DNA of 64,000 bases. It comes from Candidatus Magasanikiibacteriota bacterium. Its GTDB lineage: Bacteria > Patescibacteriota > Patescibacteriia > Magasanikbacterales > UBA922. Both the position numbers and the translations under genes were made by a program. This document shows, piece after piece, positions 27,382 to 36,498 of this stretch. Numbering within the stretch: position 1 is the first letter of the stretch; every line of letters starts with the position of its first letter. The notes beneath the pieces were generated by a model. It was not told the origin of the DNA, did no database searches, and saw nothing but the letters and a program-made list of their open reading frames with translations. The DNA lies in assembly GCA_903837125.1 (NCBI GenBank), contig CAILTG010000021.1:11627-75626 (forward strand), in the 5' to 3' direction.

Positions 27382-29070
27382 CTACATTTCTTCAACTGTT
27401 TCTATACCCAACAAATCTAACCCTTTTTCCATAGTTTCTTTAACCTTTTTTATTAATTGAAAACGAAAATTAAGAACAGTTTCCTCCGCCCCCAAAACTG
27501 GACAGGTTTGATAAAAATTATTAAAAGCTTGCGCTAAATCAAACAAATATCTAGCAATCTGTGAAGGGTCCTCGGAGTCTGTGGCTATTTTAATTGTCTC
27601 TTCAAACTTTAATAATTCTAACAAAAGTTTCTTTTCTACCGGCTCAACTGAATTTGAAATTTGAAATTTGAAATTTGAAATTTTTGATTTTTTCAATATG
27701 CTGTTGATGCGAGCTACAATATAAAGCAAATAAGGCCCACTACTACCCGTTAAAGAAATAGCTTCATTTACATCAAACACAATGTCATTTTCAGTGCCAG
27801 TTTTTAAAATAAAATATTTAACCGCGGCCACAGCTATTTTAGCAATTACTTTATCCTTATCTTTTATTTTACGAGCCAACATTACTTCGGCAATCTTTTT
27901 TTCAGCTTCGTCAAGCAGCCACTCAGCCAAAACTACATTTCCCGTACGCGAACTCATTTTACCTTCTTTTAAACTCACCCAACCATAAACCAAATGTTCC
28001 TCCCTACCTTTGCTTTCAGGCAGAGTGAATTCCAAGGCTTTAAAAATAACTTTAAAATATTCAGTCTGTTCTTTGGCCACGACATGTAAAATTCTAGCTG
28101 GATTATATTCTTTAAATTGCATTCGAGCCAAGGCCTGGTCTTTGGCTTCATAAGTTGGCAAGCCTTTGCTGTTGATAAACACTCGGTCGTGCAGACCATA
28201 TTTACTTCCTTCAAAAATGACCGCTCCTTCGCTTTTCTTAAAAATTCCACTCTTTATACCTTCTATAACAATTTTTTTACCTAATTCAAAAGTTTCTGAT
28301 TCAAAATACAAACGATCAAACTTTTTAATGCCTACTCTTTTATAAATATAATCAAAATAATCCAAACTCCATTTTCTGGTTTTTTTATACAACCCAACCA
28401 AAGATTTATCTTTACTATAAATCTTGGCATTCAAAGCTTCAATTTCTTTTTTTACCTGCTCGCTACTCTCAAAAGCTTTACCCCCATTAGCATACACCAC
28501 CCCCAAAAATTTTGCTCGTTCACTGGTGGTTTTTAATTTTGAAATTTCTGTCTGATAATTTGGAACCTGTAAAATTCCCCACAAACACTTGGCAATATGC
28601 ATACCCACATCTCCCTGATAATTTGCACGCACTACCCTATGACCTTGATTTTCAAACAATCTCACCATGCTCTCGCCAGTAGTCATGGTGCGTAAATGTC
28701 CAATATGCACCGGCTTGTGAGTATTAGGATGAGCAAACTCCACCATGATCTTTTCCTTTTTTTTGATTATTTTTTGTTTTTTTTCTGATAAAACAATTTT
28801 TGCTAATTCTTGTGCGTTCAAATAAAAATTTGCATACGGCCCGATTGCTTCAATTTTTTCTATCAATCCACCAGTTTCCAAGTTTTTTAATTTCTCAACA
28901 ATTTCTCTGGCACAATCCAGCGGACTTTTCTTCCATTCTTTTGCTAAACCAAAACAGGCAAATGCCAAATCACCCATTTCTGGATTTGGTGGAATCGTAA
29001 AATTTACCAGACCAGTAACTCCTGCTTTTTTTAATAATCTTTCTATTTCAATTTTTATTTGTTCCAACAT
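27382..29070 (-). CDS. argS: Arginyl-tRNA synthetase
   Basis: Class I HIGH motif AHPNTHKPVHIGHLR and a C-terminal DALR anticodon-binding domain. Contains the in-frame (AATTTGA)x4+ repeat at 27652-27688, encoding KISNFKFQISN in the linker before the DALR domain. Confidence 0.9.
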   Translation of the reverse strand: MLEQIKIEIERLLKKAGVTGLVNFTIPPNPEMGDLAFACFGLAKEWKKSPLDCAREIVEKLKNLETGGLIEKIEAIGPYANFYLNAQELAKIVLSEKKQKIIKKKEKIMVEFAHPNTHKPVHIGHLRTMTTGESMVRLFENQGHRVVRANYQGDVGMHIAKCLWGILQVPNYQTEISKLKTTSERAKFLGVVYANGGKAFESSEQVKKEIEALNAKIYSKDKSLVGLYKKTRKWSLDYFDYIYKRVGIKKFDRLYFESETFELGKKIVIEGIKSGIFKKSEGAVIFEGSKYGLHDRVFINSKGLPTYEAKDQALARMQFKEYNPARILHVVAKEQTEYFKVIFKALEFTLPESKGREEHLVYGWVSLKEGKMSSRTGNVVLAEWLLDEAEKKIAEVMLARKIKDKDKVIAKIAVAAVKYFILKTGTENDIVFDVNEAISLTGSSGPYLLYIVARINSILKKSKISNFKFQISNSVEPVEKKLLLELLKFEETIKIATDSEDPSQIARYLFDLAQAFNNFYQTCPVLGAEETVLNFRFQLIKKVKETMEKGLDLLGIETVEEM

Positions 29071-29073
29071 AAA

Positions 29074-29760
29074 TTATAAATTTGTATTATTTAACTTGTG
29101 TTCCCAATAAGCTCCTATAAAAACAACTATTGCTAATAACAACGCAAAATGACACAAAACCGAAGGGAACATAATATTAAAATAAGGAAAAATTACCATT
29201 AAGATAAAAGTCGGCAATGACATTAGCAGTACAGCCACCGGTAACATAAGAAAAACTTTTCTTTTTTTATTATTTTTTTCAGAAAAATAATATTTAAGGG
29301 CGATAAAACAAGCAAAAATTGTAACCAACGCATAATAAGTTACATAGGCTAACCATAAGACAAAATTATAATCTTGACTGAAAATATATCTCGCCGTTAC
29401 AAAAATTGCATTACACTGTCCTACTTGTACAAAATTTGTAGTAAAAATAGCAATCAAAGAATACACCACCGGAAAAAAATACAATAAAAGTCTATGTCTT
29501 TTTATTTTAAAATAAGTTAGTGTCATATCCAAACCCATAGCTGGCAAAAAACTATAAGTTATAAACCCTGCCCTTACCCAAAGTTCGGCATTACCGGTTT
29601 TACATAACATGAATTCAGTAAACTGATAAAAGCCCAACAAAAATAATAATAAAGCAAAAAAATATTTTAAACTAGCCTTGGGAAATTTCCAAGGCATGAT
29701 GATTGATAGCCCGAGTTCAATTACGGCCGTTGTTAGAGAAACAGTTGAATTAAAACACAT
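29074..29760 (-). CDS. Hypothetical polytopic membrane protein (6-7 TM helices)
   Basis: Hydrophobic 228-aa ORF tightly packed between argS and tyrS. No motif recognised. Confidence 0.45.
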   Translation of the reverse strand: MCFNSTVSLTTAVIELGLSIIMPWKFPKASLKYFFALLLFLLGFYQFTEFMLCKTGNAELWVRAGFITYSFLPAMGLDMTLTYFKIKRHRLLLYFFPVVYSLIAIFTTNFVQVGQCNAIFVTARYIFSQDYNFVLWLAYVTYYALVTIFACFIALKYYFSEKNNKKRKVFLMLPVAVLLMSLPTFILMVIFPYFNIMFPSVLCHFALLLAIVVFIGAYWEHKLNNTNL

Positions 29761-29763
29761 AAA

Positions 29764-30945
29764 TTATTTAACTTTAACGAAAAATCTACTTCCTTTCTGT
29801 ACTACATCGTTAGCTTTAAGCGCAAAATCAAAAGCAGATATTTTTTTATCATTTACTTTTACCCCACCTTGCTCAATCTGACGGCGGGCGTCACCTTTGC
29901 TAGAGCAAATTTTGGCTTCTACCAAAAGAGTAACAATGTCGTACACGCTAGGCTTAACCTCTGGCATATCAGTTGGCTTTTCTTTTTTGCTAAAAGTATT
30001 AATAAAATTTTCTTGAGCTTTTTGTGCTTCTTTTTCCGAATGATACATTCTGACTATTTCAAAAGCCAAACACATTTTAAGATCGCGTGGATTTTTTCCC
30101 ACCTTCATTTCCTCCTCGTATTGTTTAATTTGTACCATTGACACTCGTGTAGCTAAATTAAAATATCTAATTATTAATTCATCAGGAATAGACATCACTT
30201 TGCCAAACATATCATTTGCTTCCGCAGTTAAATTAATTGTATTCCCCCAACTAGAACTCATTTTCCGACCGTCTATACCTTCCAATAACTGACTCATAAT
30301 AATATCCTGCGGTGCTTGCTTAAAGTGTTCCTGTAATTTTCTGCCAGCCAATAAATTAAACCGCTGGTCAGTGCCACCAATTTCCACATCAGCTTTAATC
30401 GCCACTGAATCATAACCTTGCATTAAAGGATAAAGCATTTCCCGAAGTGAAACTCTAGTACCAGCATCCAAGCGTCTTTTCACATTATCACGAGCAATAA
30501 ATTCAGCTACAGAAAATTGTTCTGCCTGTTCGCCAATATTCCAATAATTCAATTTTCCTAACCACTCACTGTTATAATGAACTTCGCACTCGTCTATATT
30601 AATTATTTTTCCAGCTTGCTTAACATAATCCTTCATGTTTTCTTTTACTTTCTTTTGATCTAACATTGGCCGTTCTGAATCTTTATCTGAGGTATCACCA
30701 ATCACGCCTGTAAAATCTCCCACAATAAAGACAATTTTATGACCCAATTCTTGAAAATCATGTAACTTTAAAAGTTGCACCGCCCGACCAATATGTAAAT
30801 TAGGACTAGTGGGGTCAATTCCTAGTTTTATCCGCAACTGTTTTCCAGATGCCAACTTTTTCTGCAAACTTTCTTTAGCAATAACTTCTTCTACTCCCCG
30901 AGCTAAAAGTTCGACGATTTTATTTTTATCAGTATTAATTTTCAT
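29764..30945 (-). CDS. tyrS: Tyrosyl-tRNA synthetase (with C-terminal S4 domain)
   Basis: HIGH-type motif GIDPTSPNLHIGRAV, KMSKS-type KMSSS, and a C-terminal S4-like KANDVVQKGSRFFVKV. Confidence 0.9.
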   Translation of the reverse strand: MKINTDKNKIVELLARGVEEVIAKESLQKKLASGKQLRIKLGIDPTSPNLHIGRAVQLLKLHDFQELGHKIVFIVGDFTGVIGDTSDKDSERPMLDQKKVKENMKDYVKQAGKIINIDECEVHYNSEWLGKLNYWNIGEQAEQFSVAEFIARDNVKRRLDAGTRVSLREMLYPLMQGYDSVAIKADVEIGGTDQRFNLLAGRKLQEHFKQAPQDIIMSQLLEGIDGRKMSSSWGNTINLTAEANDMFGKVMSIPDELIIRYFNLATRVSMVQIKQYEEEMKVGKNPRDLKMCLAFEIVRMYHSEKEAQKAQENFINTFSKKEKPTDMPEVKPSVYDIVTLLVEAKICSSKGDARRQIEQGGVKVNDKKISAFDFALKANDVVQKGSRFFVKVK

Positions 30946-32260
30946 ATTTTAATTTTTTAGTAATTTTTAATCTTATTTCAACAACTGTTGAATAATTTGG
31001 ATTAACTTTTTTTGCCCATTCAGCTATTTCTTGCTTTCTAGCCTCAACCTCTTGCATTTTAAGTTTAGCTTTAGCTAATTCTTCTTCATTTTTACCTAAA
31101 CTTGCCCAATCATTTTTTGATAACTCGTCGGAAGCATGAAGTAGCCCGTCACTTTTTTCTCTTTTATCAATACTATAATAACGCAATTCTCCTTTGCTTC
31201 TGTGAATTAATTCCGGAGCTCTATACAAACCGCTGCCACTGCTGCCAGAATAAGAAGCCCTAGAAAAAATACTTTTTCCTCCATTTTCTTTAATTAATTC
31301 AGGTGACATCCCAATTCCATCATCAATTATTCTAATTATTAATTCATCACCTTCAATAAAACTAATTAAATGAACATTAGCAGCCTGAACCAACTCCGAA
31401 TTCTCTCCATCATTTCCAATATTTACTCTATTGGGCCGAACAGCATTTCTAACCATTTCTGCAATTAAACTACCAACCACTCCGGGGACGGTAATAACCT
31501 CTTTATCATCAGGGAAACCTTTTTCAGGTTCAAAACCTTTACTATTAAATCTTCCTCTTAGGTGTCCTTTAGACTTCTCTATTCCACACAAAAACTCAAC
31601 CACTTTTTTTAACATCTTTAAATTCAAAGACCTGGCGTGCATTTCAAAAAAATTTGGCTCAAAATCTGATTTTTCCAAACTTCTTCTAGCCAAAGAACAT
31701 TCAACCACAGCAACACAAGGTGGAATGCCTTCTCTTATGTCCAACATTTGAGCCCTCAAATCTCCTAATGGAATAATTCCTTTACCCTTCAGACTACCTT
31801 TACCTTTATATTTTGTTAATTTTTTTTCTAAATCATTGAGTAGTACTTGCAACCGAAGAAAAATAAACACTAAATTATTAAGATCATGCTTTAGATTTTC
31901 ATTAAAATCAAGAACATTTTTTAGCTGCTCATAAGTTTCCATTTTCAACAATTCAAAATCTTTAATAATTTGAATTAATTTACTAACTGAAAACTCATCC
32001 AAATAAAAAATATCCAGTTCTGAATCAGCAGATCTATATCCTTCATCCAACAGACGATAAAATTCTAGTAGTCTCGGGATCTCCCTAGAAATCTGCGTAA
32101 ATAATTCTCTATTTTCAACTTCCCCTAAACCACCATTATTTACTGTTTCCTTATTACAAATATTAGAAAAACCATCTTTACTATTACGGTTCTTAAATCC
32201 CCCTTCATTTTCACCCACGTTATTATCAACATTAAATCCTCCCTTTTTTCCGTCCATCAT
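30935..32260 (-). CDS. Hypothetical protein with a GHKL/HATPase_c-like ATP-binding domain; Gly/Asn-rich low-complexity N terminus; no HisKA domain recognised.
   Basis: N-box-like EMVRNAVR, IRIIDDGIGM, GSGLYRAPELI. Overlaps tyrS by 11 nt. Confidence 0.4.
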   Translation of the reverse strand: MMDGKKGGFNVDNNVGENEGGFKNRNSKDGFSNICNKETVNNGGLGEVENRELFTQISREIPRLLEFYRLLDEGYRSADSELDIFYLDEFSVSKLIQIIKDFELLKMETYEQLKNVLDFNENLKHDLNNLVFIFLRLQVLLNDLEKKLTKYKGKGSLKGKGIIPLGDLRAQMLDIREGIPPCVAVVECSLARRSLEKSDFEPNFFEMHARSLNLKMLKKVVEFLCGIEKSKGHLRGRFNSKGFEPEKGFPDDKEVITVPGVVGSLIAEMVRNAVRPNRVNIGNDGENSELVQAANVHLISFIEGDELIIRIIDDGIGMSPELIKENGGKSIFSRASYSGSSGSGLYRAPELIHRSKGELRYYSIDKREKSDGLLHASDELSKNDWASLGKNEEELAKAKLKMQEVEARKQEIAEWAKKVNPNYSTVVEIRLKITKKLKYEN

Positions 32261-32268
32261 AAAAAATA

Positions 32269-34980
32269 CTAATAAAAAATATTAAGCTGTTGCTTCAGTT
32301 TTTCCAATTTTTCTTTGGCCTCAACTAATTTTTTCTTTTCTGCCTCCACTACCTGTACAGGCGCATTATTTACAAATTCTTTATTGCTTAATTTTTTCTC
32401 TAAACCAATAGCATACGGTTCAACACTAGTTATTTCTTTTTGTAATCTAACCTTTTCTGCTTCCGCATCTACAGCACCTGCCAAATCCACAAAAACTTCC
32501 ACACCGCTAACCACAAAACCCACACTTGTTTCAGGCTTCTTAATTTTAGTCTTAATCTCAATCTTTTCTAATCTCGCCAATCCTTTTATTATTTCGACAT
32601 TATCTTTTAACAATTCAACATTTTCTCCAGCACTAATAGTTGCATTTAGTTTTTTCACTGGTTCAATTTTATTTTCAGCCCGAAGTGAACGAAGGCCAGT
32701 GATAATATTTTTTATTAGTTCAAATTCTTCATTTATTTTAATCTCAATCTTAGTCTTAATCTCAATCATAGGCCATTTTTCAACCATCAACATTCTTTCG
32801 TTTCCATAAATTTCACTCCAAATCTGTTCTGTTACAAATGGCATAAAAGGATGCCACAACTTCAACAAAGCATTTAAAATATAATTCAAAATTTCGGATT
32901 TACCACCCTCTATTTTGGCAACTTCTAAATACCAATCTGCCAAATCACTCCAAGTAAAATCACGAAGTGCCTCACCAGCTTGTGAAAAATTAAACTTTTC
33001 AATATTATCAGTAACTTGTTTTGTAACATTCAGCAACCGATTCAAAATCCATTTATCTGCAAGAGTTTCCAATTCTGGAATTTTAACATCAATTTTTGAT
33101 TCCGGAATATTCAGCAACATAAAACGAGAAATATTCCACAATTTATTTACAAAATTTCTGGCACTATCAATTTTTTCATCATAAAACTTAGAATCATTCC
33201 CTGGGCTAATCCCAAGTAAAACGCTAATGCGCAAAGCATCTGCTCCATATTCTTCAATTACCTCAAGTGGATCAATATTATTCCCAGCTGATTTAGAAAA
33301 CTTTTTTCCTTCTTCATTTCGGAGCATTCCATGGATATACACATCTTTAAATGGTATTTGATCTAAAGCGTAAGTTGACATTAAAATCATTCTGGCCATC
33401 CAAAAAAAGACAATTTCATAACCCATTTGCATCCAACTTGTTGGGTGAAACTGTTCTAGATCATTTTTGAACTCGGGTTTACCCGCCACAATCTCGCCAG
33501 AGCCGGGCTTGCCCGGCGTAGCCCTAGCGAAGCCGGGCCAGCCTAAAGTAGAAAACGTCCAAGTACCAGAAGAAAACCAAGTATCCAGAGTATCAGCATC
33601 TTGCAACCATCCCTCACCTGTTGGTTCTTCAATACCACAATAAATTTCTTCACCTTTATACCAAACCGGAATCCGATGACCCCACCAAATTTGGCGACTG
33701 ATACACCAATCGCGCAAATTTTCAATCCAACCAAAATATATTTTTTCAAAACGTTCAGGCGTAATATTAACTTTTTGATCTGAAATACCATTATGTCCCA
33801 AAGTCACAGCTTCTTTCATTAATTCTTTAAGACTTTTTTCCTTTCCTGAAACTTTTTTATTTACGTCAATAAACCACTGCGTCATTGGCAAGGCTTCTAC
33901 AATATCACCAAACCTATCTGAAGTACCAACATTCTGAAGAATGTCTTCTTCTTTTTCTAATAAATCATTTTCTCTTAACCATCTGGACACCTCTTCCCTA
34001 GCTTTTTCAGCTAAAAGACCTTGATAAAGATTCGATGCTTTATCAGTCATTTTGCCGTTCTTGTCAATTACTTCAATTAAATTTATTGGATCGTTTTTCG
34101 CTTTTTGATTTAAATACATTTCAAAGTCAACCATACTGTGTGCTGGAGTTACACCAACAGCACCTGTACCAAATTCCGTAACTACTTTTTCATCGGCAAT
34201 AATTTTAATTTCTAAATTAGGGCCGCCTGCAAATTTTTCAATATTAAAAACTTTTCCAATGTACTTTTTGTACCTTTTATCATGCGGATTTACTGCTACA
34301 GCGGTATCTCCTAATTTTGTTTCCGGTCGCGTGGTAGCAATAGTAATTGGAAAATCTTTAGAATATTTAAAATAGTATAACTTTGATGGACGTTCAACAT
34401 GAACTAACTCATCATCAGAACAAGTAGATTGGCCTTTTACTGACCAATTTACAACTCGATGCCCGTGATATATCAATCCATCATCATACATTTTTTTAAA
34501 AACAGTTTTTACTGCTAAATTCCTTTGCTCATCAAAGGTATAAGCCAAACGACTCCAATCACAACTAGTGCCTAACTTCTTTATTTGTCTTAAAATTGTG
34601 GCTTTTGAATTTTCTGCATATTCTCTAATTAACTCTAAAAGTTTTTCACGCCCATAAAATTCACGAGGTTTTTCAATTCCCTTTTTTACCAGTTCTTTTT
34701 CAACTTTAGCTTGCGTAGCAACTGCCGCGTGATCTGTACCTGGTAATAACAATACTTTTTTGCCATTCATTCTCTGATAACGCGCCATGGTATCCATTAA
34801 ACTATTTTCCATTGCATGACCTAAATGCAAAACACCAGTCACATTTGGTGGCGGCATCATAATAGAATATGGTTCACCAGTAAGATTATCTGGATTAAAA
34901 AAACCACTTGTCTCCCAACGCTCATAAATTGCATCTTCGTATTTTTGTGGTTCGTAAGCTTTTGGCAATTCTTTACTCAT
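32269..34980 (-). CDS. valS: Valyl-tRNA synthetase
   Basis: PPPNVTGVLHLGHAMENSLMD (HIGH), KFSKSAGN (KMSKS), editing domain, C-terminal coiled coil. The likely start is MSKELPKAYEP at 34980; the ORF track extends to 35016. Carries the in-frame GC-rich insert at 33478-33545 and heptamer-repeat segments encoding IEIKTKIEIK. Confidence 0.92.
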   Translation of the reverse strand: MSKELPKAYEPQKYEDAIYERWETSGFFNPDNLTGEPYSIMMPPPNVTGVLHLGHAMENSLMDTMARYQRMNGKKVLLLPGTDHAAVATQAKVEKELVKKGIEKPREFYGREKLLELIREYAENSKATILRQIKKLGTSCDWSRLAYTFDEQRNLAVKTVFKKMYDDGLIYHGHRVVNWSVKGQSTCSDDELVHVERPSKLYYFKYSKDFPITIATTRPETKLGDTAVAVNPHDKRYKKYIGKVFNIEKFAGGPNLEIKIIADEKVVTEFGTGAVGVTPAHSMVDFEMYLNQKAKNDPINLIEVIDKNGKMTDKASNLYQGLLAEKAREEVSRWLRENDLLEKEEDILQNVGTSDRFGDIVEALPMTQWFIDVNKKVSGKEKSLKELMKEAVTLGHNGISDQKVNITPERFEKIYFGWIENLRDWCISRQIWWGHRIPVWYKGEEIYCGIEEPTGEGWLQDADTLDTWFSSGTWTFSTLGWPGFARATPGKPGSGEIVAGKPEFKNDLEQFHPTSWMQMGYEIVFFWMARMILMSTYALDQIPFKDVYIHGMLRNEEGKKFSKSAGNNIDPLEVIEEYGADALRISVLLGISPGNDSKFYDEKIDSARNFVNKLWNISRFMLLNIPESKIDVKIPELETLADKWILNRLLNVTKQVTDNIEKFNFSQAGEALRDFTWSDLADWYLEVAKIEGGKSEILNYILNALLKLWHPFMPFVTEQIWSEIYGNERMLMVEKWPMIEIKTKIEIKINEEFELIKNIITGLRSLRAENKIEPVKKLNATISAGENVELLKDNVEIIKGLARLEKIEIKTKIKKPETSVGFVVSGVEVFVDLAGAVDAEAEKVRLQKEITSVEPYAIGLEKKLSNKEFVNNAPVQVVEAEKKKLVEAKEKLEKLKQQLNIFY
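32740..32767. repeat. Heptamer-periodic repeat (AATCTCA / ATCTTAG / TCTTAAT ...) in frame in valS. Related arrays occur at 32547-32575, 40611-40640 and 41561-41586.
   Basis: aatctcaatcttagtcttaatctcaatc encodes IEIKTKIEIK on the minus strand. The same gtcttagtcttaat motif lies just 3' of yidC and at the nusA 3' end. Confidence 0.8.
33478..33545. repeat. GC-rich palindrome-containing in-frame insertion in valS
   Basis: acccgccacaatctcgccagagccgggcttgcccggcgtagccctagcgaagccgggccagcc, with inverted repeat gccgggc tt gcccggc. Encodes GFARATPGKPGSGEIVAGKPEF, inserted between the conserved TLGWP and FHPTS blocks of ValS. Confidence 0.7.
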
Positions 34981-35219
34981 AAAATATATAACATGAAACA
35001 GGTAACAAATTGTCATGTGCTACAGGTTATCTGCTATAGGTTACCTGGTATAGATTACCTCAATAATCCAAATTAATCAAGTAATTATCTAAACATAGCA
35101 GAAAAGTCTTTATAAAATGTCACTCTTATCAAAACTTCTTTTAATGGCTTAAACAAGCCAAAATTAATGACCGGTCAAAATCTTCTAAATTAAGCCAAAA
35201 AATGCCCACAGCCCAGAGT

Positions 35220-35248
35220 TGACAAATATCGCCTCACTTGGTACAATG
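35220..35248 (+). promoter_or_regulatory. Near-consensus sigma70 promoter for the DHH-family gene (TTGACA, 17 nt spacer, TGgTACAAT)
   Basis: gagTTGACAaatatcgcctcacttgGTACAATgc, followed by a GC-rich hairpin GGGAGttttgCCTCCC in the 5' leader. Confidence 0.5.
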
Positions 35249-35333
35249 CTCTATTAAATTAAGGGAGTTTTGCCTCCCGCTTTTGTGGCTTTAAAAACCA
35301 TTGTAGCGGGGTTCAAAACACAAAATTTTGGTT

Positions 35334-36476
35334 ATGGCTTTTAACGAAATCCAACAAATCAAACAAATCTTACAAGACAAAAAACATGTCTTGATTGTGT
35401 TTCGCCAAAATAGCAATAACGACACCATTGCTTCGGCTGTGGCTTTGTCATTATTTTTGGAAAAAATGAAAAAACAAGTAGACATTGTTTCCGCTGGTTT
35501 TGTTTTGCCTAAATCTTTAAAATTTTTAAGTAAGGCTGAAGAAATAAAACCCAATTTTTCTTTTTTACAAAAATTCATTCTCACCGTAGATATTAAACAA
35601 ACCGGACTTCAAGAATTAAGCTACGATTTAAAAGATGAAAAACTAAGAATCTTCATTACTCCACAAAATGGTTTTTTAACCCGCGACAATATCCACACCG
35701 CTCAATCGGACTTTAAGTATGAAATCATTTTTGTAATTGATACTCCTGATTTAGAAGCGCTTGGTCCTATTTATGACAATAATACCGAGCTTTTTTATAA
35801 AAGACCAATTATTGATTTAGATCATAATCTGGCCAATGAACAATTTGGTCAAATAAATATTATTGAATCAACCGCCACTTCTACCGCAGAAGTTATTTTT
35901 AATTTTATTCATGAACTGGGAAATGAATATTTAGATGAACAAATTGCTACTGCTCTTTTAACCGGCATTATTGCCAATACCCGAAGTTTTAAAACTGCTG
36001 ACATTAAACCTCAAACTCTAAACATCGCCAGTAAACTTATTAGTCTGGGAGCCAATCGCGACTATATTGTACAAAATCTTTATCGCACTAAGTCTATTTC
36101 CACTTTAAAATTGTGGGGCCAAGCACTCTCGCATTTGCAACATGATAGTTCTTTGGGATTAGTCTGGACTACTATTACGCGCGAAGATTTTACCCGCTCT
36201 GGCTCGCAAGAAAATGAATTAAAAGACATTATTGATGAATTAATTGGCAATTCCCCAGAAGCTAAAATGATTTTACTACTTCATGAACCACTTAATACTG
36301 AAAATAAAGAAATTTTAGGCACTTTAACCTGTGAAAAACAATTTGATGCCTTAATTTTAATTAAACAATTTAATCCCACAGGAAATAAAAAACAAGTTAA
36401 TTTCAAAATTGAAGGAAAAAGTTTAACAGAAGCAGAAACAGAAGTGATAGAGTGTATTAAAAAAAATGTGGTCTAA
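35334..36476 (+). CDS. DHH/DHHA1-family phosphoesterase-like protein (NrnA-like) with a degenerate DHH motif
   Basis: N-terminal HVLIVFRQNSNNDTIASAVAL resembles NrnA HVNPDGDTIGS but has Asn substitutions. C-terminal DHHA1-like region. The ATG is at 35334; the ORF track uses a TTG at 35328. Confidence 0.5.
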   Translation: MAFNEIQQIKQILQDKKHVLIVFRQNSNNDTIASAVALSLFLEKMKKQVDIVSAGFVLPKSLKFLSKAEEIKPNFSFLQKFILTVDIKQTGLQELSYDLKDEKLRIFITPQNGFLTRDNIHTAQSDFKYEIIFVIDTPDLEALGPIYDNNTELFYKRPIIDLDHNLANEQFGQINIIESTATSTAEVIFNFIHELGNEYLDEQIATALLTGIIANTRSFKTADIKPQTLNIASKLISLGANRDYIVQNLYRTKSISTLKLWGQALSHLQHDSSLGLVWTTITREDFTRSGSQENELKDIIDELIGNSPEAKMILLLHEPLNTENKEILGTLTCEKQFDALILIKQFNPTGNKKQVNFKIEGKSLTEAETEVIECIKKNVV

Positions 36477-36498
36477 CCACATTTTTTAATATTTTAAA

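Noticed and set aside
35017-35327. T-box riboswitch upstream of valS (and likewise upstream of argS/tyrS)
   Set aside because: Searched the leader on the minus strand for the T-box consensus (…GGGTGGNACCGCG…). None found. The leaders are short and lack specifier/antiterminator architecture.
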